Assembly: GCA_964016885.1 (NCBI GenBank)
Contig: OZ024740.1
Location: 118,048,001-118,112,000, forward strand
Reading direction: 5' to 3'
Source: Eledone cirrhosa
Lineage: Eukaryota
Length of the DNA stretch: 64,000 nucleotides
Positions within the stretch are counted from its first letter, which is position 1; every line of letters starts with the position of its first letter. The notes below the pieces were generated by a model. That model ran no database searches. It was not told where the DNA came from and was given only the letters and a program-made list of their open reading frames with translations. The translations under genes and the position numbers were made by a program. Positions 13,671-30,877 of this stretch are shown piece after piece.

Positions 13671-16367
13671 GCACAAACAATACTGGTCTCCAAGAACAAA
13701 GACACTCACTTGGGGAGAAAAAAAAACTACCGACCCATTGGACGCCAGAACCTGATGTATAAGATGTATACAGCCTACCTGAACCTATTTCACCAAGATC
13801 ACTGCAACAGTAATGACATTATCACTGATGAACAAGCAGCTGGAAAGAAAGGTGTTTGTGTGTGTGCCGAACAACACCTAATTAACAAAAGTTCGATGGC
13901 AGAGATGCGACAACTTAGGAGAAATATGGCTATAGTCTGGCCGGACTACAGGAAAGCATTTGATTCTATTCCCCACTCTTGGACATGCTAAATCCCAGAC
14001 ATTGTGGATTGGCAGTATCGGTAGAGGGTCGGACGCCATGCTTTCCAGCATAGTTACGTCCCTTTACGATCTGAGTTCAAATCCCGCCGAGGTTGACTTT
14101 GCCTTTCATCCTTACGGGGTCGATAAAATAAAGTACCAGTAATGCACTGGGTAATTACTGGCCTTGTGCCTAAAGTAGAAACAATTATTATCAGTATCGG
14201 TAGAGGGTCGGCGCCATGCTTTCCAGCATAGTTACGTCCCTTTACGATCTGAGTTCAAATCCCGCCAAGGTTGACTTTGTCTTTCATCCTTACGGGGTCG
14301 ATAAAATAAAGTACCAGTAATGCACTGGGTAATTGCTGGCCTTGTGCCTAAAGTAGAAACAATTATTATCAGAGCCATAGAAAAGCTATCTTATTATTGG
14401 ACTACTATCCTAAAGTTAAACACAGAGAAGGAGGACTCCTATTGTCACTGATTAAATAGAATATCATAATTTCAAGGAGACAGTCTCTCTGGGCTACTAT
14501 CTATCCTGTCATTGAACCCCTTGTCCTTTCTGCTCCAGAAATGTGAATGATACATCATTGGCGCACATGAGGATAGAAGACGAATTTAACCCATAATTTC
14601 TTTGTGTATGACCTGAAACTCTATGCCAAGAACATAAATGGGATGAAGAAATATTTTGACCTGGTAACAACATTCTCAAAGGATATAGGAATGGAGTTTG
14701 GCCAATATAAATGTTCAAGCGGGGAAAAACTACAACCCAATCTAGCAATATTTTTTATCAATGGCCTAACTGTTTCACCGATATCTGACGAGGACTGCTA
14801 CAGATACCTGGGGATAGATGAGAATATATCCTATAATGGTATTTGTAATAAGGAACGCGTAACCAGGGAATATTACAACCGATTAACAAAAATATGGTAA
14901 TCGGAACTCTGTGCACACAATAAACAGTGGCTTACAATATGTTTGCTGTGCCTGTCCTAACACCAACGTTTGGAGTAATAGGATTGGACGATAGACGAAA
15001 TCCTAGCAATTGATGTTAAAACTCTAAAAATTCTAAACAACACCGTACACTTCCACATGAACAGTGACATAGACCGCCTCTACTTGAAACGTAAGCAGGG
15101 AGACAGAGGCCTAACATCAGTCTAGACAGCATTTGAGTGTCGCATCATGTCCCTCCGATAATATTTACGAACCTCTAAGCGTAGGAGCCCATCTATTGAG
15201 CAATGCTGTCTGCATGAGACAGATAAGATGATGGGCGTTGAGAAGGAAAGGTATTCTCTGCATGATAATCAAAACCTCGCACTCAGGGAAATTTCCCCGC
15301 AATACCTCAGCAAATTCATGAATGAAAAGCTGCATGCTTATCAGCAAAAAGTCATGCCTGGATATGTTGCGAGGAAGCTCCAGAGTGAGAGTAATATAGA
15401 TAAGCAAAGTAGTCTATCTTGGACTAACAACCGCTATATTGGCTCCCGCTTTGAAAGATATGCTTTTAAAATTCAAGAACAGAAAATCAGCACAAAATAC
15501 CTGATTCACAAAAGAGATAGCGATGCAGGCTAACATCTAGATGTGAAAACAAGTGCAGACTCTGCAGAATTAATACCGAAGTTGTGACCCTATCACAAGC
15601 AGCTGTCCAAAAATGTCATCATTGTACTATCTACCTATGAGGCATGATGTAGTGGCAAAAAAAAACTGTACAATGTAATCCGTAGAAAAGATAGCCCCGA
15701 CAATAAACACATTAAAAGCTACAACAATGTGGAAGACATACACATAACAGGAAAGAGTACTGGTGGAATGTTCCAGTCAAAACCCCAATAAAATGCGAGC
15801 ATAACAGACCAGATGTAATGAAATAGGACAGGGAAAAGAATGTATGCAGTAGTGGGAGTTAGCTGTCCAGCAGATGCCAATATAATATTAGTGAAACGGA
15901 GAATATCTATGCAGATATAATGAGAAATCTGCAGATACTCCACCATGACTACACATTCAGATTTATACCTGTGATTATTGGGGCACTTGGATATATGGTA
16001 GTAACTGCCTCAATACAAATCCTGAGAATCTGGGCTTCACAGAAACAGAAAGAACACGATAAGTTAGGAAATTGCAAGTACAACTCATTAATGGAACAGT
16101 AACAAATATGTAAGACATTCCAAAAATTTGGCATCTAATAACTGCATGTACGCATGTACAGATACAATGCACATGCACACATAACTCAAAACATCCACAT
16201 CCACACATACAATAACATCCATACCTGCACACACATGCATTCATGCAGACATGCATTCATATCTACCTAGTTGATGTGTAAATTCTAATGAGAGAATCTT
16301 GTATCTATGTTAAAAACCGACTTTCTCTCTATTGGTGAAAATGTATAACATTATAAAACCAGAAGAA
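13671..16367 (+). mobile_element. 5'-truncated, degraded R4/Dong-clade non-LTR retrotransposon (RT, C-terminal Cys/His finger, restriction-like endonuclease)
   Basis: Motifs NYRPI, DEQAAGKKG, DYRKAFDSIPHSW, YDLKLYAKN, YRYLGI, DIDRLYLKRKQGDRGL, CRLC...MRHDVVAK, HNRPDV and FIPVIIGALG, with many stops and frameshifts. Confidence 0.85.
14003..14370 (+). mobile_element. Head-to-tail dimer of the tRNA-derived SINE inserted into the R4/Dong RT
   Basis: Two near-identical units (14003-14190, 14192-14370), each with B-box GAGTTCAAATCC and ending in aaacaattattatc. Confidence 0.93.
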
Positions 16368-17767
16368 CATACATAAATACGATAGGTTTTTGCACAGTTG
16401 TCTACCAAATACATTTTAGCAGATATTGGTTAATCAGAAATAAAAGTAGGGTATATTTGCCCAAATTCTGCGTGTTGGGATCTAACTCGAAACCACGAGA
16501 TGAAAATTAAATATTTTAGATATTCTTTAATATATTTGAGTTCAATTTAAGGGATATTTTGTATTTTCATCAGGTCAAGGGACCATATAGACTACATCTA
16601 GTTGACTTATTGATTTGTGCTCTTTAGGTAAGAGCTGTGTTTCATCAGGATTTCTACGGAAAATTTTGTAAAGCACATAAATGGAATAACATAAGAATGA
16701 AGCAGAATTTCATTGAATAAAGCGGAGGCATCTGATGAAATAGTCGTTACAAAAAATAATTAGATTTCGCTGGATATAATCTTTACTTATGACGACACAA
16801 TTTTAACATTGGTAATAGGCCTATCATTAGCTGATGTAGAAACTTTGTACTTATATGCCAGTTCGGGTCATATAATAATGGGATTAGTATTTCGATACCT
16901 CTGATGTGTTTTATTTAGTTGTTTAATAGTGATACTACTAGCTCCATTACATAACATGAACTGACTAAGATGAATGACAGTCTGTCTTCTTTAGAGCTCA
17001 TGACTAGAGCTGCCGAAGTCAAAGTTTGTACTATTTGCCCTTAATATTACTTTTCTGTATATTTGGAACCAAGTCCGGATTTTTGGTACGTTTTAAAGAG
17101 TGAACTTGCTTTGTGAATTTGGCTTAATTGCTATCCTAAAATCACCATTTAATGATTTACCATTTATCAGCTATAACGACATTTACGCTGAGAAGCTATC
17201 CATTGATCGTATTTGCCAACAGATCTAATTTGACATCAATAATTCCTTTCTGCGTAGATTTCAAATCAGTAGCCAACCATCTTCTGTATTATCCTAGTAG
17301 CAATCGATCGGTGGACGTTTCATTTGAATTGTTTCCGCTGACAATACGCAAGGACATCTAGATATAGATGAATTAAGACAAATTCTTGGAAGACAACCGT
17401 ATCAGTTAAGTTTAAACAGTTGTATCACGGCATGCAGTGCGCTTTTGCGGCATCGTCTCAACTGTTTTGCCTTTTTGAGAAACATTTTGAACCCACCATG
17501 AGTGGAAAAAAGGAACGAAAATGACACTCTTCGGAAGAAAAACACTGAATTCGACTTCCTATGAAAGAAAGTTTCTGTCAAAATTAATTAAACGATGAGA
17601 AACTTTCATGGTGGCTGGAATTGAGTAAAAAGACTGCAAGTAAAAACTACTGCAAATTGTGAAATTGTGAGATAACTGGCAGCTTATCCAATAGTGAGGC
17701 ACGAAGAGACGGAAAAACACCAAAAGTATGCGAAAGTAGTGAAACAAACAGTGAAGTTGATAGATTT

Positions 17768-17873
17768 AATTGTTTCTACTTTAGGCACAAGGCCAGCAAT
17801 TACCCAGTGCTTTACTGGTACTTTATTTTATCGACCCCGTAAGGATGAAAGGCAAAGTCAACCTCGGCGGGAT
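17768..17873 (-). mobile_element. 5'-truncated SINE with 10-bp TSD
   Basis: Same SINE body. Direct repeat tagatttaat at 17761-17770 and 17874-17883. Confidence 0.88.
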
Positions 17874-17914
17874 TAGATTTAATATAGCCTGATCATTGTT
17901 TTGTTCACTTAATG

Positions 17915-18170
17915 AAAATAGCATCAGCTGAGCTGAAACTGTGGGGATATATTGTTGAGCGCATCATAATCATTGCAATTTGGGATCATTTGCCTGGCAT
18001 TATGACCAACGTATGCTCTGATTAAAACTTTTCCAAAGATATCAAGTGTGCAAGAATTAAAGAAACTTCCATTTTTTCAAATGAGATCGTTCCCCATGCT
18101 TTCAATGATTTGTTGCCTAGGTTCTCCATTATTGTATACGAAACAATCGATATTTCTAACAACAAACATG
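17915..18170 (+). pseudogene. Degraded hAT-type transposase fragment
   Basis: Manual translation AELKLWGYIVE...WDHLPGIMTNVCSD*NFSKDIKCARIK...FSIIVYETIDISNNKH resembles the hAT DHL...DS.IAK...C.RTK and FSI..DE.TD.S motifs. Confidence 0.5.
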
Positions 18171-18684
18171 TTCAAGTAGCTTTAAACCCGGCCAATGTTA
18201 TTGAAGATAAGCCAAAACCGATCATGAAATGGGTAATGGAATTTTACAGGCCTGTGCATGGAGACAAATATCAATAAATAGAGAATGGAGGTAATTGTCT
18301 CTACATGATGTCTCTCTTAATACACAAAATGAGCCCGACGAATACTGGTTTCATATTTCTCAAGAAACATGTGGTGACATTAATATCTAAGTTCATGATG
18401 CAACTTCTTTCATTGCTACATTCTTCATCAGATGCAGAAAACGTTCTCTTTCCTTCTCATATAAACACAAATATTTCAATGCTTTAAAAACATTAACATT
18501 AAATGCCCTGTTAAGATCAATGTTTCTGCTGAAAATTCTTGGCTGCACTAAGTGGCATCCACTACTGCAACTTTGTCGCAAATTACAGGATAGAATTCGT
18601 ATAGAAAAAAAAGTGTGGAAGACTTCGATTAAAATATATAAAGTAAACGTAAGACATTTTCTTTTTTTATCATTTATGAGGTTT

Positions 18685-18925
18685 ATCATTATCATCATCA
18701 TCACTGTTTAACGTCCATTTTTCCACGCTAACATGGGATAGACGAGTTGTCCCGTTACGAGACAAGTCAGATCAGATGATTGTGTCTTGCTCATAGAAAG
18801 AACTGTTTATGGTTTGGTTTCTACAGCTGGATGCCCTTCCCAACGCCAAGCACATTTACAGCGTGGACTAGGTGATTTTTACTGTGGCACCGAAACGACC
18901 ACTGTGCAGTGTGGACTGGGGGCTG
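18685..18925 (-). mobile_element. SINE or RTE-tail repeat with a (GAT)n tail
   Basis: Minus strand has GAAGGGCATCCAGCTGTAGAAA and ...GGAAAAATGGACGTTAAAC followed by (GAT)n. Confidence 0.6.
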
Positions 18926-20924
18926 GGATAGGACTGGTGCGTCTATATAGGTCTACGGTGGAGCAATTGCGTGCTGAAGGGTGGAGTGTTAATACGTGAA
19001 TGAAGGATGGGATTTTGGACGTGGATGATGGGTTGAGTGTTAGAAGTGAGTAATTGGATTTAGTATGTTTTTTATATTTTGGTACATTTTTGGCAACCTA
19101 TTTGGTACTCTTTATAAAATGTTTCGGCAACCTTGTTAATGCCTACCTTACCACATAAAAACTCCGGCGTCTGAACAAACTAATCTACTTTTATCACTAG
19201 AACTTGGTGTTACACACGTTTATTTCACAAACATAAAGAATACATACATGTTGGATGCTACATCTTTACAGATAACCACCGTCTCCCAGCGATCGATCAA
19301 TTCCGTCACCATCAATACAGTACATCACTATGGCAAAACGAAGGTCCCACCCCGGGGCACTGAAAATATTTGAATATAGGAGATATTGGAACAGAAAAAT
19401 AGTGAATCGCGACTGCTCCCGCCTATTATTCTTCGGAGATGGTGGTAGTTCATTGGGGAAAATTCCTGCGATACCCAAATAACTGCAGTAATAGGTCTAA
19501 TATTTATATAATGCCAAGAAGTCAAAGACCCGATCTCTATTGTCCGACAAAATAGCTTGACAGATGAGAAAATCGCAAAAACGACATTTCTATATCATTG
19601 ACTATAGTGACAAATGCTTGTGGAACGCGAATGATTCTTTCTAAGTCTCAGTGATTGGCCTGATGACAGGCCTGGGCAAGATGATCAGTAATCACGTAAA
19701 TCACACGTTTCCCTTTAGAGTGTCCCTCTCATAGAAGAATGCTGGAACAAAAGCTCGGATTCCCTCACTCTCCGTTGGCATATAGCACGTCATGACATCA
19801 CTCAGCGGTGTTTCTGTCTTTCTGCACACAGATGGATTGTAATAATTACGACTAAGGTGTCCTATCAATTCCGGCTTTGAAACTAGAGTTACCCTTCTAA
19901 AGAGAGTGACACCCATGTCAGACGAATTCTGTTTATCAGAAACAATTGGATTTAGGGTCCTATAATTCGCCTTTGCTCCTTGTCAATTTCAAATATCTCT
20001 GCTTCAGTTAGCAGAGGTTATATAAGACATTATCCAATCCGTAGCAGACATATCCAATATGCCACACTGGTATTTTACCCAGTAACACGTAGTGAAAATC
20101 AAACATCTTAACTGCGGAACCATGTTATGAATAAATAAAGGTTATGTTAAAATCTCTGTATAAAGTTATTTTCTTAGTATAAAATTGTTTTGATAAGTTG
20201 CGAGATAAAGTTTGTTATCAATTCGGATAAAACATATTAAAAAAATGCAAAACACAAAGTAGTCTTGGAGGAGTTTGAACTCAACAAAATGAGAGTCTCT
20301 AGTGTAGCTTCCTAATATTCTTGTCTATGAACTTACGTGAGAAAAATTCCATCTGCTTGAGTATTTATGCTTGAAATTTCACGAGAAATATGTTTGCTAA
20401 TATATTTAATTCCCTTGTTGCAGAAAATAAAATTAGAATAAATCAATTTATGTAATAAGCTCTAAAACCGACCTTCTATAACAGTGCACATTTTTTTTTT
20501 ATCTCTTCCATTATTTTTTAACAGCTTTCCTCATTTGTGTCTTTCTTTCTCCTTTTCTCTTTCTAATTCTCCCTCTCATATTTATACTGCTTCCACAGAT
20601 TGAATTACTAATTCTTGCTTTCATGCACATTAAGATTTGTTTTCATTTTACTCATTTTTTCTATCATTTTCCTGCTTAATTTCTGTCTTTCTTTCACTCT
20701 GTGTATATATTGTATGTAAACTTATTCCTTTAAATCATATAATCTCTTTGTCACAGAAAGACTGTCTGTATCCGCTCTTTGCCCCTCCCAATCTCTCTCT
20801 TTCATTTCCTTTTTACTTTTTGTTACACAATTAAAAATTAACCCTATAAACATTTACCACATTATAAAACAGTGTTATGTAAACACAAACACACACAAGC
20901 ACACATTTATTATACACACACACA

Positions 20925-24326
<3,402 letters not shown>

Positions 24327-24729
24327 CAAATGTTGTCGATTGAGAGAAAGTAGATTATATTTTCTTATGTATTCCAACTTGATTGCTTTTATTTTCAACA
24401 AATTTCATCTAAAATACTAGTAATGAGATTATGTGTAACTTAATTCACCAGAACTTTCATGCTGGACTTAATTTATTCAAGAATGTTAGTCTGGTTGCCA
24501 ATTTGTTTTTCCAAATTATGAATGCGAAATATTTTTTGTCTTAACTTAAAACATAGATTCATCCTTTCAGATTCTGAGTATAATTATTATTTTTTTTTTC
24601 TAAAAGATCGTCAAGATGTGGGGTGGAGTGGGATGTTGTCCGTCAAATTGGACTAAGGGTACAATGTTTCTATTTGTTAGCTGATACTATCTACCGATCA
24701 TAACTCCAAGCAGAAAGTACAAAATGAAA

Positions 24730-24815
24730 TAAAATATCTTGCTCAAAGACATAATGCATCGCCTTGACCGGGAATCGAAACCCCAGCCTCGTGATTTTTA
24801 ATCCAACTCTCTAAC
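24730..24815 (-). mobile_element. Degenerate tRNA-head SINE (CORE-like)
   Basis: Minus strand GGTTTCGATTCCCGG followed by tgtctttgagcaagatattttatt. Confidence 0.5.
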
Positions 24816-26599
24816 GTCTATTATTTCGGTACTCTTGATAATTTTGTAAACGTGTGTATTCTATAACAGAGTTAGATGAACAATTGATATTAGGCAACAT
24901 TGAAATATAGGTTTCTTAAGTAGAATGGAATCTCAAGAAGAATAACAAAGAAGAACGTATCTTAATGAGCAAGACGATATATATACGATGTCTTGCTGAG
25001 GTAGTTCCCTGAAACTCCGTGATAATTTCTGCTATTTGAGAGTTATGTTCAGTTATGAAAGTAGCAGCACTAGATAAGAATATTACGGTATCAGTCTAGG
25101 GAGATATTACTTTTACTGATGTCAAAGAATTTCTCTTTTCAAACAGATCCTATTGAGTATGTATAATGAGCAGAGTACTGTACGCTAGTAAAACATCGTA
25201 TAATGAAGTAAGCTGAAGACCAGCATCAACGAAAGAGAAATAATCAATTTCATATGTCATAGCAATTTATTAGAAAGGCCGATTTACCTGCTGGCATCAG
25301 CCATTAAATGTTATGTTCTACTGCGTTCACAGTTGAAGGTGAATTAAGGGGCTTACTTTCCATCAAAGGAATTTGATGGTGTGTTTTGGGATGACAACCA
25401 TGCTAGAACGAAAAAAAGATATTCACTTTTGCTTATATGTGTTAGAAAAATTAAAAGCACAAACATCAGTAATATTTTCATTTTAATTTTTGCAAAAGAA
25501 TAAAAAATAAGAGTGGTGTTACTAATTAGTTAATGATTAGAAATGCCACCTTAATTTTCTGTGAATTGTTGTACACGATAGGACTCAATGAAAACACTAA
25601 AGACATTTAGGAGAATTAATCACCAAATCTGTTCAATGACCATACAGATAATTCTCATTGTTACTATTTGCTTCTCCTTTAATTATCTCCCTAAATGTGA
25701 CATTACATTTTTCACTGAATTGAGCTTTGCTGGTTGTGGAAGTCAGTTCAGAACATCAAACATTTTCACATGAAAATATTGTTTTGAAATTTGGGATCTG
25801 CAAATTGGGGATTAACTTGATATAATCCACTCACTCCTAAATATCAATGCGTTATCCTAAATTGTGTCGTAACTTTTGTTATCAAGGTTCTATTTAATTC
25901 CTACTAATATGCAAAGCGTGATATTATCCTCTAATTATCATTGTGTCACTTTCCTATCTAGTTCTGATATCATAATTCATAATACTTCGCAAAGCTTTGA
26001 GATACATTTTAGGCATGTACAGAAATCACAATTGAATATATTTGATAAAACTTTCTTGTATTACTTTCATTCTCAATTCTACCCAATTTATCTATGTTTC
26101 ATGCAGTACCATTCATGGTTTGTGTATAGGTACTCATGATACTTTTTCATCTTTCTAATACAAAGAAATACGTTTTTCCTGCAGTGTTTAAACATGTAGG
26201 ATTTTTGATCAGATAACTTAGATAACTTTGATAGGCTTCGACCAGTATTGGCACAGGCCATGTCTAACTTAATAGCACCACCTGGCAACATATCGCAGAT
26301 GTTTTGAATAATCTTTTTAAAGAGAAATGTGGAGGTTGTATGTCGTGAATCTACACTCAGGACGAGCTATTAGCTCATCCAAGAAGGTAACTTTATTGTT
26401 TTTTATCTTGTGTATTTTGCACTGTACTGAAGGATTTAATGAATTCCCTTGGTTCTGCAGTATTTGCGCTTTAGTTGCAGAAATTTGATATTAATTTTCA
26501 TATCTTTTGATGTTCAGTTTGGCAAACTTAGCATTAGAATGCTTGTCACACTTTCAGTCTCAGAAATTCAGCTTGCGTCTTAGGTATTTTCAAAGTTAA

Positions 26600-27200
26600 C
26601 CCCGCAGGGTGTCCGTATAATCTTAATCCCTGACGTGATATAAAACCTCCCGCAAGCGTGAAATACACAAATGCCGTTGTGGAGATCTCACCGACGAGTT
26701 CGGCATGCACCCTCTATCATGCCACCAAAACATAGACCGTTTTCCCCGACATGCAATGTTAAACGACATAATGAGAAGGAGCCTAGATGCAGCGGCTTCG
26801 CCTCACAACTAGAACCACCTGACCTCGACCGTGCAGACAACAACAGCCTCGACGGTATTACCCTCATCCCATTCGAGGCAAGTAAATCCCTTATCTAGGA
26901 CGCAACAAGCTGTGACACGTTCTTCGCTTCCACCCTAGCCGAGTCGGACACAAACCCCAGTAACGCGTCCCACAATGCAGAGGACAGGAAGATAAGCGAA
27001 TGCCGAGGGGGGGGGGAGGTGCCGGCTGCTTCCTCTTTGCACCGTCCAGGCATCAGGCGTCCGAGGAACCTGTAGGGCTGACCACCTCCATAAAATCAGT
27101 ATGCCGGCAGCCCGTTTGAGGAAGGAGCCCTGAAATGTGGTGTGGTGTTTCAGCGGTTGTCGCTGGCTATTGTCCGCGGCAATGCGTTTGCCATTTCCCT
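26600..27200 (+). mobile_element. Degraded 3' end of a CRE-like non-LTR retrotransposon (zinc finger plus restriction-like endonuclease)
   Basis: Across frameshifts: CRCGDLTDEFGMHPLSC, RHAMLNDIMRRSL, LEPPDLDRADNNSLDGITLIPF...*DAT. Locally GC-rich. Confidence 0.65.
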
Positions 27201-27867
27201 CTTTTCTTCTCATTTATATTCTTTTGCAATGCTATTTTCTTTTGTTTTTAATGTTTGACTAAATATTAAATTCTTTAATAATTTGATGTACTTTTATCCT
27301 AGAAATAAAAGAACATTTTATTTGCAAAAGGGGAATGCCCAAATCTTATTCAGCAGCATCAGGGTGATTGTTTGGGAACACAGAAAATGACATGCTTGAA
27401 ATGATTAGTATATATAATAGGTTCTTATTACATCTCCAGTAGGCCTAGCATAAAAATGTTCACTATATGGGCACCTTTTATTTTATAGGAAGTAACGATA
27501 AGCATGCAACTACAAAAAAAATTGGATTTGATTTATTGGATAATGGGACAGTGAATATAAGTGTTAAAGAAGTGGAGTAATTTACCTAGGAAGCATGAGT
27601 TCAATACCTAGGTCAGTCAATCTATATATACGCTGGTTCTGGTGGTATCAATTGTAGGGGAATTACTAATACAGGATTACTCCTGCTGTGGAGAACGAAA
27701 TGAGAACAATGTATCTCAGTGGAAAAGGTATAGAGTTCCGTTTGTCATAAACGGATACCTGAAGGCCAGAGAAAGCAAGGGCCGAATCCTTGTGACTATA
27801 ACAACCAAGATATGTATAGGAATTCAAGCTGAGGTATCGAAGTTATTGCCACATCTCTACTTAGAGT

Positions 27868-27908
<41 letters not shown>

Positions 27909-28065
27909 GTCATCACTATATTGTCATCACTACTACAGAGGTCCGACAAGCTTTTGAATCGGGGTAGATCGATACAGATCGAACCTTGAGCTGATCAGTA
28001 GCGAAACGCACGTCACTAATCAATAAAGGTAGTAACGGTGTAACTATTCGTCCTTGTATTATTAT

Positions 28066-28235
28066 TTGCCTTTCATCATTACGGGGTCGATAAAATGAAG
28101 TACCAGTAATGCACTGTGTAATTGCTGGCCTTGTCCCAAAAGAAGAAACAATTATTATTATTATTATTAAGTGCAATAAAGTACCATAATGCACTGGGTA
28201 ATTGCTGGCCTTGTGCCAAAAGTAGAAACAATTAT
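28066..28235 (+). mobile_element. Partial SINE with duplicated 3' tail
   Basis: tttgcctttcatcattacggggtcgataaaat followed by two gtacca...ggccttgt...aaacaattatta tails. Confidence 0.8.
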
Positions 28236-28324
28236 TATTATTATTATTATTATTATAATTATTATTATTATATATATATATACAAAGAGAGAGAGAAAGG
28301 GGAGAGAGAGAAAGAAATAGAGAT

Positions 28325-28357
<33 letters not shown>

Positions 28358-28374
28358 CAGATAAAGAGAGAGAG

Positions 28375-28448
<74 letters not shown>

Positions 28449-28456
28449 TGTGTGTG
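28232..28456. repeat. (TAT)n, (GATA)n and (GA)n microsatellites
   Basis: Seen directly. Confidence 0.97.
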
Positions 28457-29089
28457 AAGGTAGATAACGTTTTCTTTATGTATATCCGGAATGAATGTTT
28501 AAACAAGAAAGCTGCTTACCAGAAAGTTTGACTCGACGGTATCCTTTGCATCGTATAACGTAAATACCCAAACAGGCGAATATGCTATATAGGTCCAGAA
28601 GAGATCACAGAGTATATTAATATAAGTAAGTATTGCACCAAGAAAAATAAAAAGTTGGTGTGAACATATTACTTTATTTGCTTCGATATATGTTTCCCTG
28701 TCTATTATAAATGGTCTACATATGCTGACTACAATATATATTGTTCAATCATATGCAATACGTAATTATTTATTACCCTTTATCAGAAAGCCTCTAGTAG
28801 TGGAATTCAACTGTTCACCACGAAGTATAATTTAGTAGTGAGATTTAGTTTAAGAAAATGTAAATAAGTTAAAAGTAGCATGAAATACAGTAAGTTAGTG
28901 TGATAGTAGAGAGGAGAGTGAATGAGGGTAAAGAGATTCCCACTATCAATCCGTGTGCTATCAATCATGGGTAAGGAGGAAAGGAATTAAGAAAATGGGA
29001 TTGTTTTAAATATTACTGAATTACAATGTCACAGGAAATGTACAAAATAGGATATAGTAAAACCTAGGTATTAGGGATCGAATCTTGTT

Positions 29090-29835
29090 CTAGACCAGTT
29101 TGTATTTAGCAAAGGTTTTTAGAACCGTGTGTTGGCAATTAAATATCCTATCATGCTGGGAATTTACGTCATTTCCGGTCGTTATTTCAATTACTTCCGC
29201 CAAACATAGTTCGCAGGAGCGTCTATCATTCCGGTATGGACGGGCGAATTTTAGCACGGACCATTGTAGTGTGTATTCAATATTAGAGCGTTTCAGAACC
29301 CAGATTTATTTCACCAGGGCCGAAGATCTAGCTAAACTAGGGTTTTTAAATGTGTGGGTGTGCACAATACCATCTTTTTTGAAAATATTCGAAGTGGAAC
29401 CCACATATTTTTATATGTCCTCATGTTTATATTTTACCACACATTGACAAATTATGTTTGTATAAGCATTTACCCGATAGAAAACAATTGCTGGGATTTC
29501 TGCAGTTGCAGTTTGTCCATGTAGAGTATGTGGTTTACTCCCTGGTGCCAGTGTTGGGGGTGTTATTCCGGGTATGTTGTTGTTGCTCCGGATATGCACG
29601 TAAAGGGGAAGTGATGTTGGTATTTGTGAGTGCCGGTCTGCTCTGTGTTGGAGGCTGCGGATGTTAATGAGGATTCAGATTATGTTCGGGCTTCCGTTGG
29701 CTGTTGGTATTGCCATACCTGCAGAGGCATTTGTCATTCAATTTCATAATGAAATTGCCCAGGTTAGCTGAAGTGGAATAGGACAGTCGGATTGTGTCTT
29801 TATTTATTATTTTATGCAGTTTCTGTGTTATAGTC
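29090..29835 (-). pseudogene. Degraded Penelope-like element C-terminus (GIY-YIG), paralogous to 56545-57633
   Basis: QKLHKIINKDTIRLSYST, NCNCRNPSNCFLSGKCL, KYVGSTSN, HTFKNP, YTLQWSVLK and CELCLAE across stops and frameshifts. Confidence 0.8.
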
Positions 29836-29934
29836 AACATATGTAGGCAATTTATAATAGAAAAAGAAACATATGTCAAAGAAAATAGATTTATAATCAC
29901 TTCACGCTCAAGTTTTATTTTTCTTTATATACAT

Positions 29935-30740
29935 ACGCTTTTCAAACGCTTCCCTGTATAGATAAGAAATGTATAATCTGTAAATTAAGCCCCCATATTA
30001 ACTGTAAAACTAGAAATGTAGTATATAGCATAAAATGTACTGAAAGACAATGTAGAGATAAGAATATAGTGGACATAGGTGAGACAGCTCGTAGTATAGG
30101 GGAACGGATAAATGAACACTGGCGAGAGCTTCAAGATAGTAAAGAATCATCTGTACTCCACCAACATGCTACAATAGAACATAAAGGTAAATTAGAGAAA
30201 TTAGAAATAAAAATAGAATCTACACACAGAAAAGACGCAATGTTTAGACAAATCACAGAGGCAATAAACATAAATGAACTCCAACGAAATTAAATAGAAA
30301 ACATGAATGGAACAGCAACATCACCACTTACAATTAAGGACAAAATGAAAACACACACACACATAGAACAAACAACCAACCGGTAAGATGTAAATAAACA
30401 AATAAATAAACAAATATAAACACACACAGACACCCGGATGTAACAGATGCGCAAACTAAGCACACAACACACACAAAAACAAGATGGCGTAGGACAGAAC
30501 AAAGGAGAAGTACAAAAACAAAGAAAAGAATGTCCAGTCACTGAAGAGGTCAGAGAATCTATGACGAAAGAACTTTGACAATATATGTACAACAATCTGG
30601 TTGTGGAACCAACCAACCAACCGGAAATTTATAAATTGCTAAATTTATAAATTTAATTTATAAAAAATTGAAGTGAAAGCTTCTGGTGCGTGTGTTTCTT
30701 ATTGGCAACATGAACCTCCCAAAGTATAACAATATATATA
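29935..30740 (+). mobile_element. 3' fragment of a second, different PLE (GIY-YIG) plus 3' UTR/pseudo-LTR
   Basis: CIICK...NCKTRNVVYSIKC...C...DIGETARSIGERINEH...LHQH...RQITEAI. HHR-like motif at 30537-30580. Ends at a (TA)n tract. Confidence 0.85.
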
Positions 30741-30877
30741 TATGTTTTTATCGTCTCCGTTGAACCGGTACGTACTCACGCTCTATGCAAATTAGTCTGC
30801 CCACTACTAATTTTCATAGAAAAAGCATATAACGATATGTGCTTTTACGATTCTCTAGAAAGGCCGGAAGATAGGTA

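Noticed and set aside
25540-26580. Possible Tc1/mariner relic
   Set aside because: Only faint resemblance, with no recognisable DDE motif or terminal inverted repeats by eye
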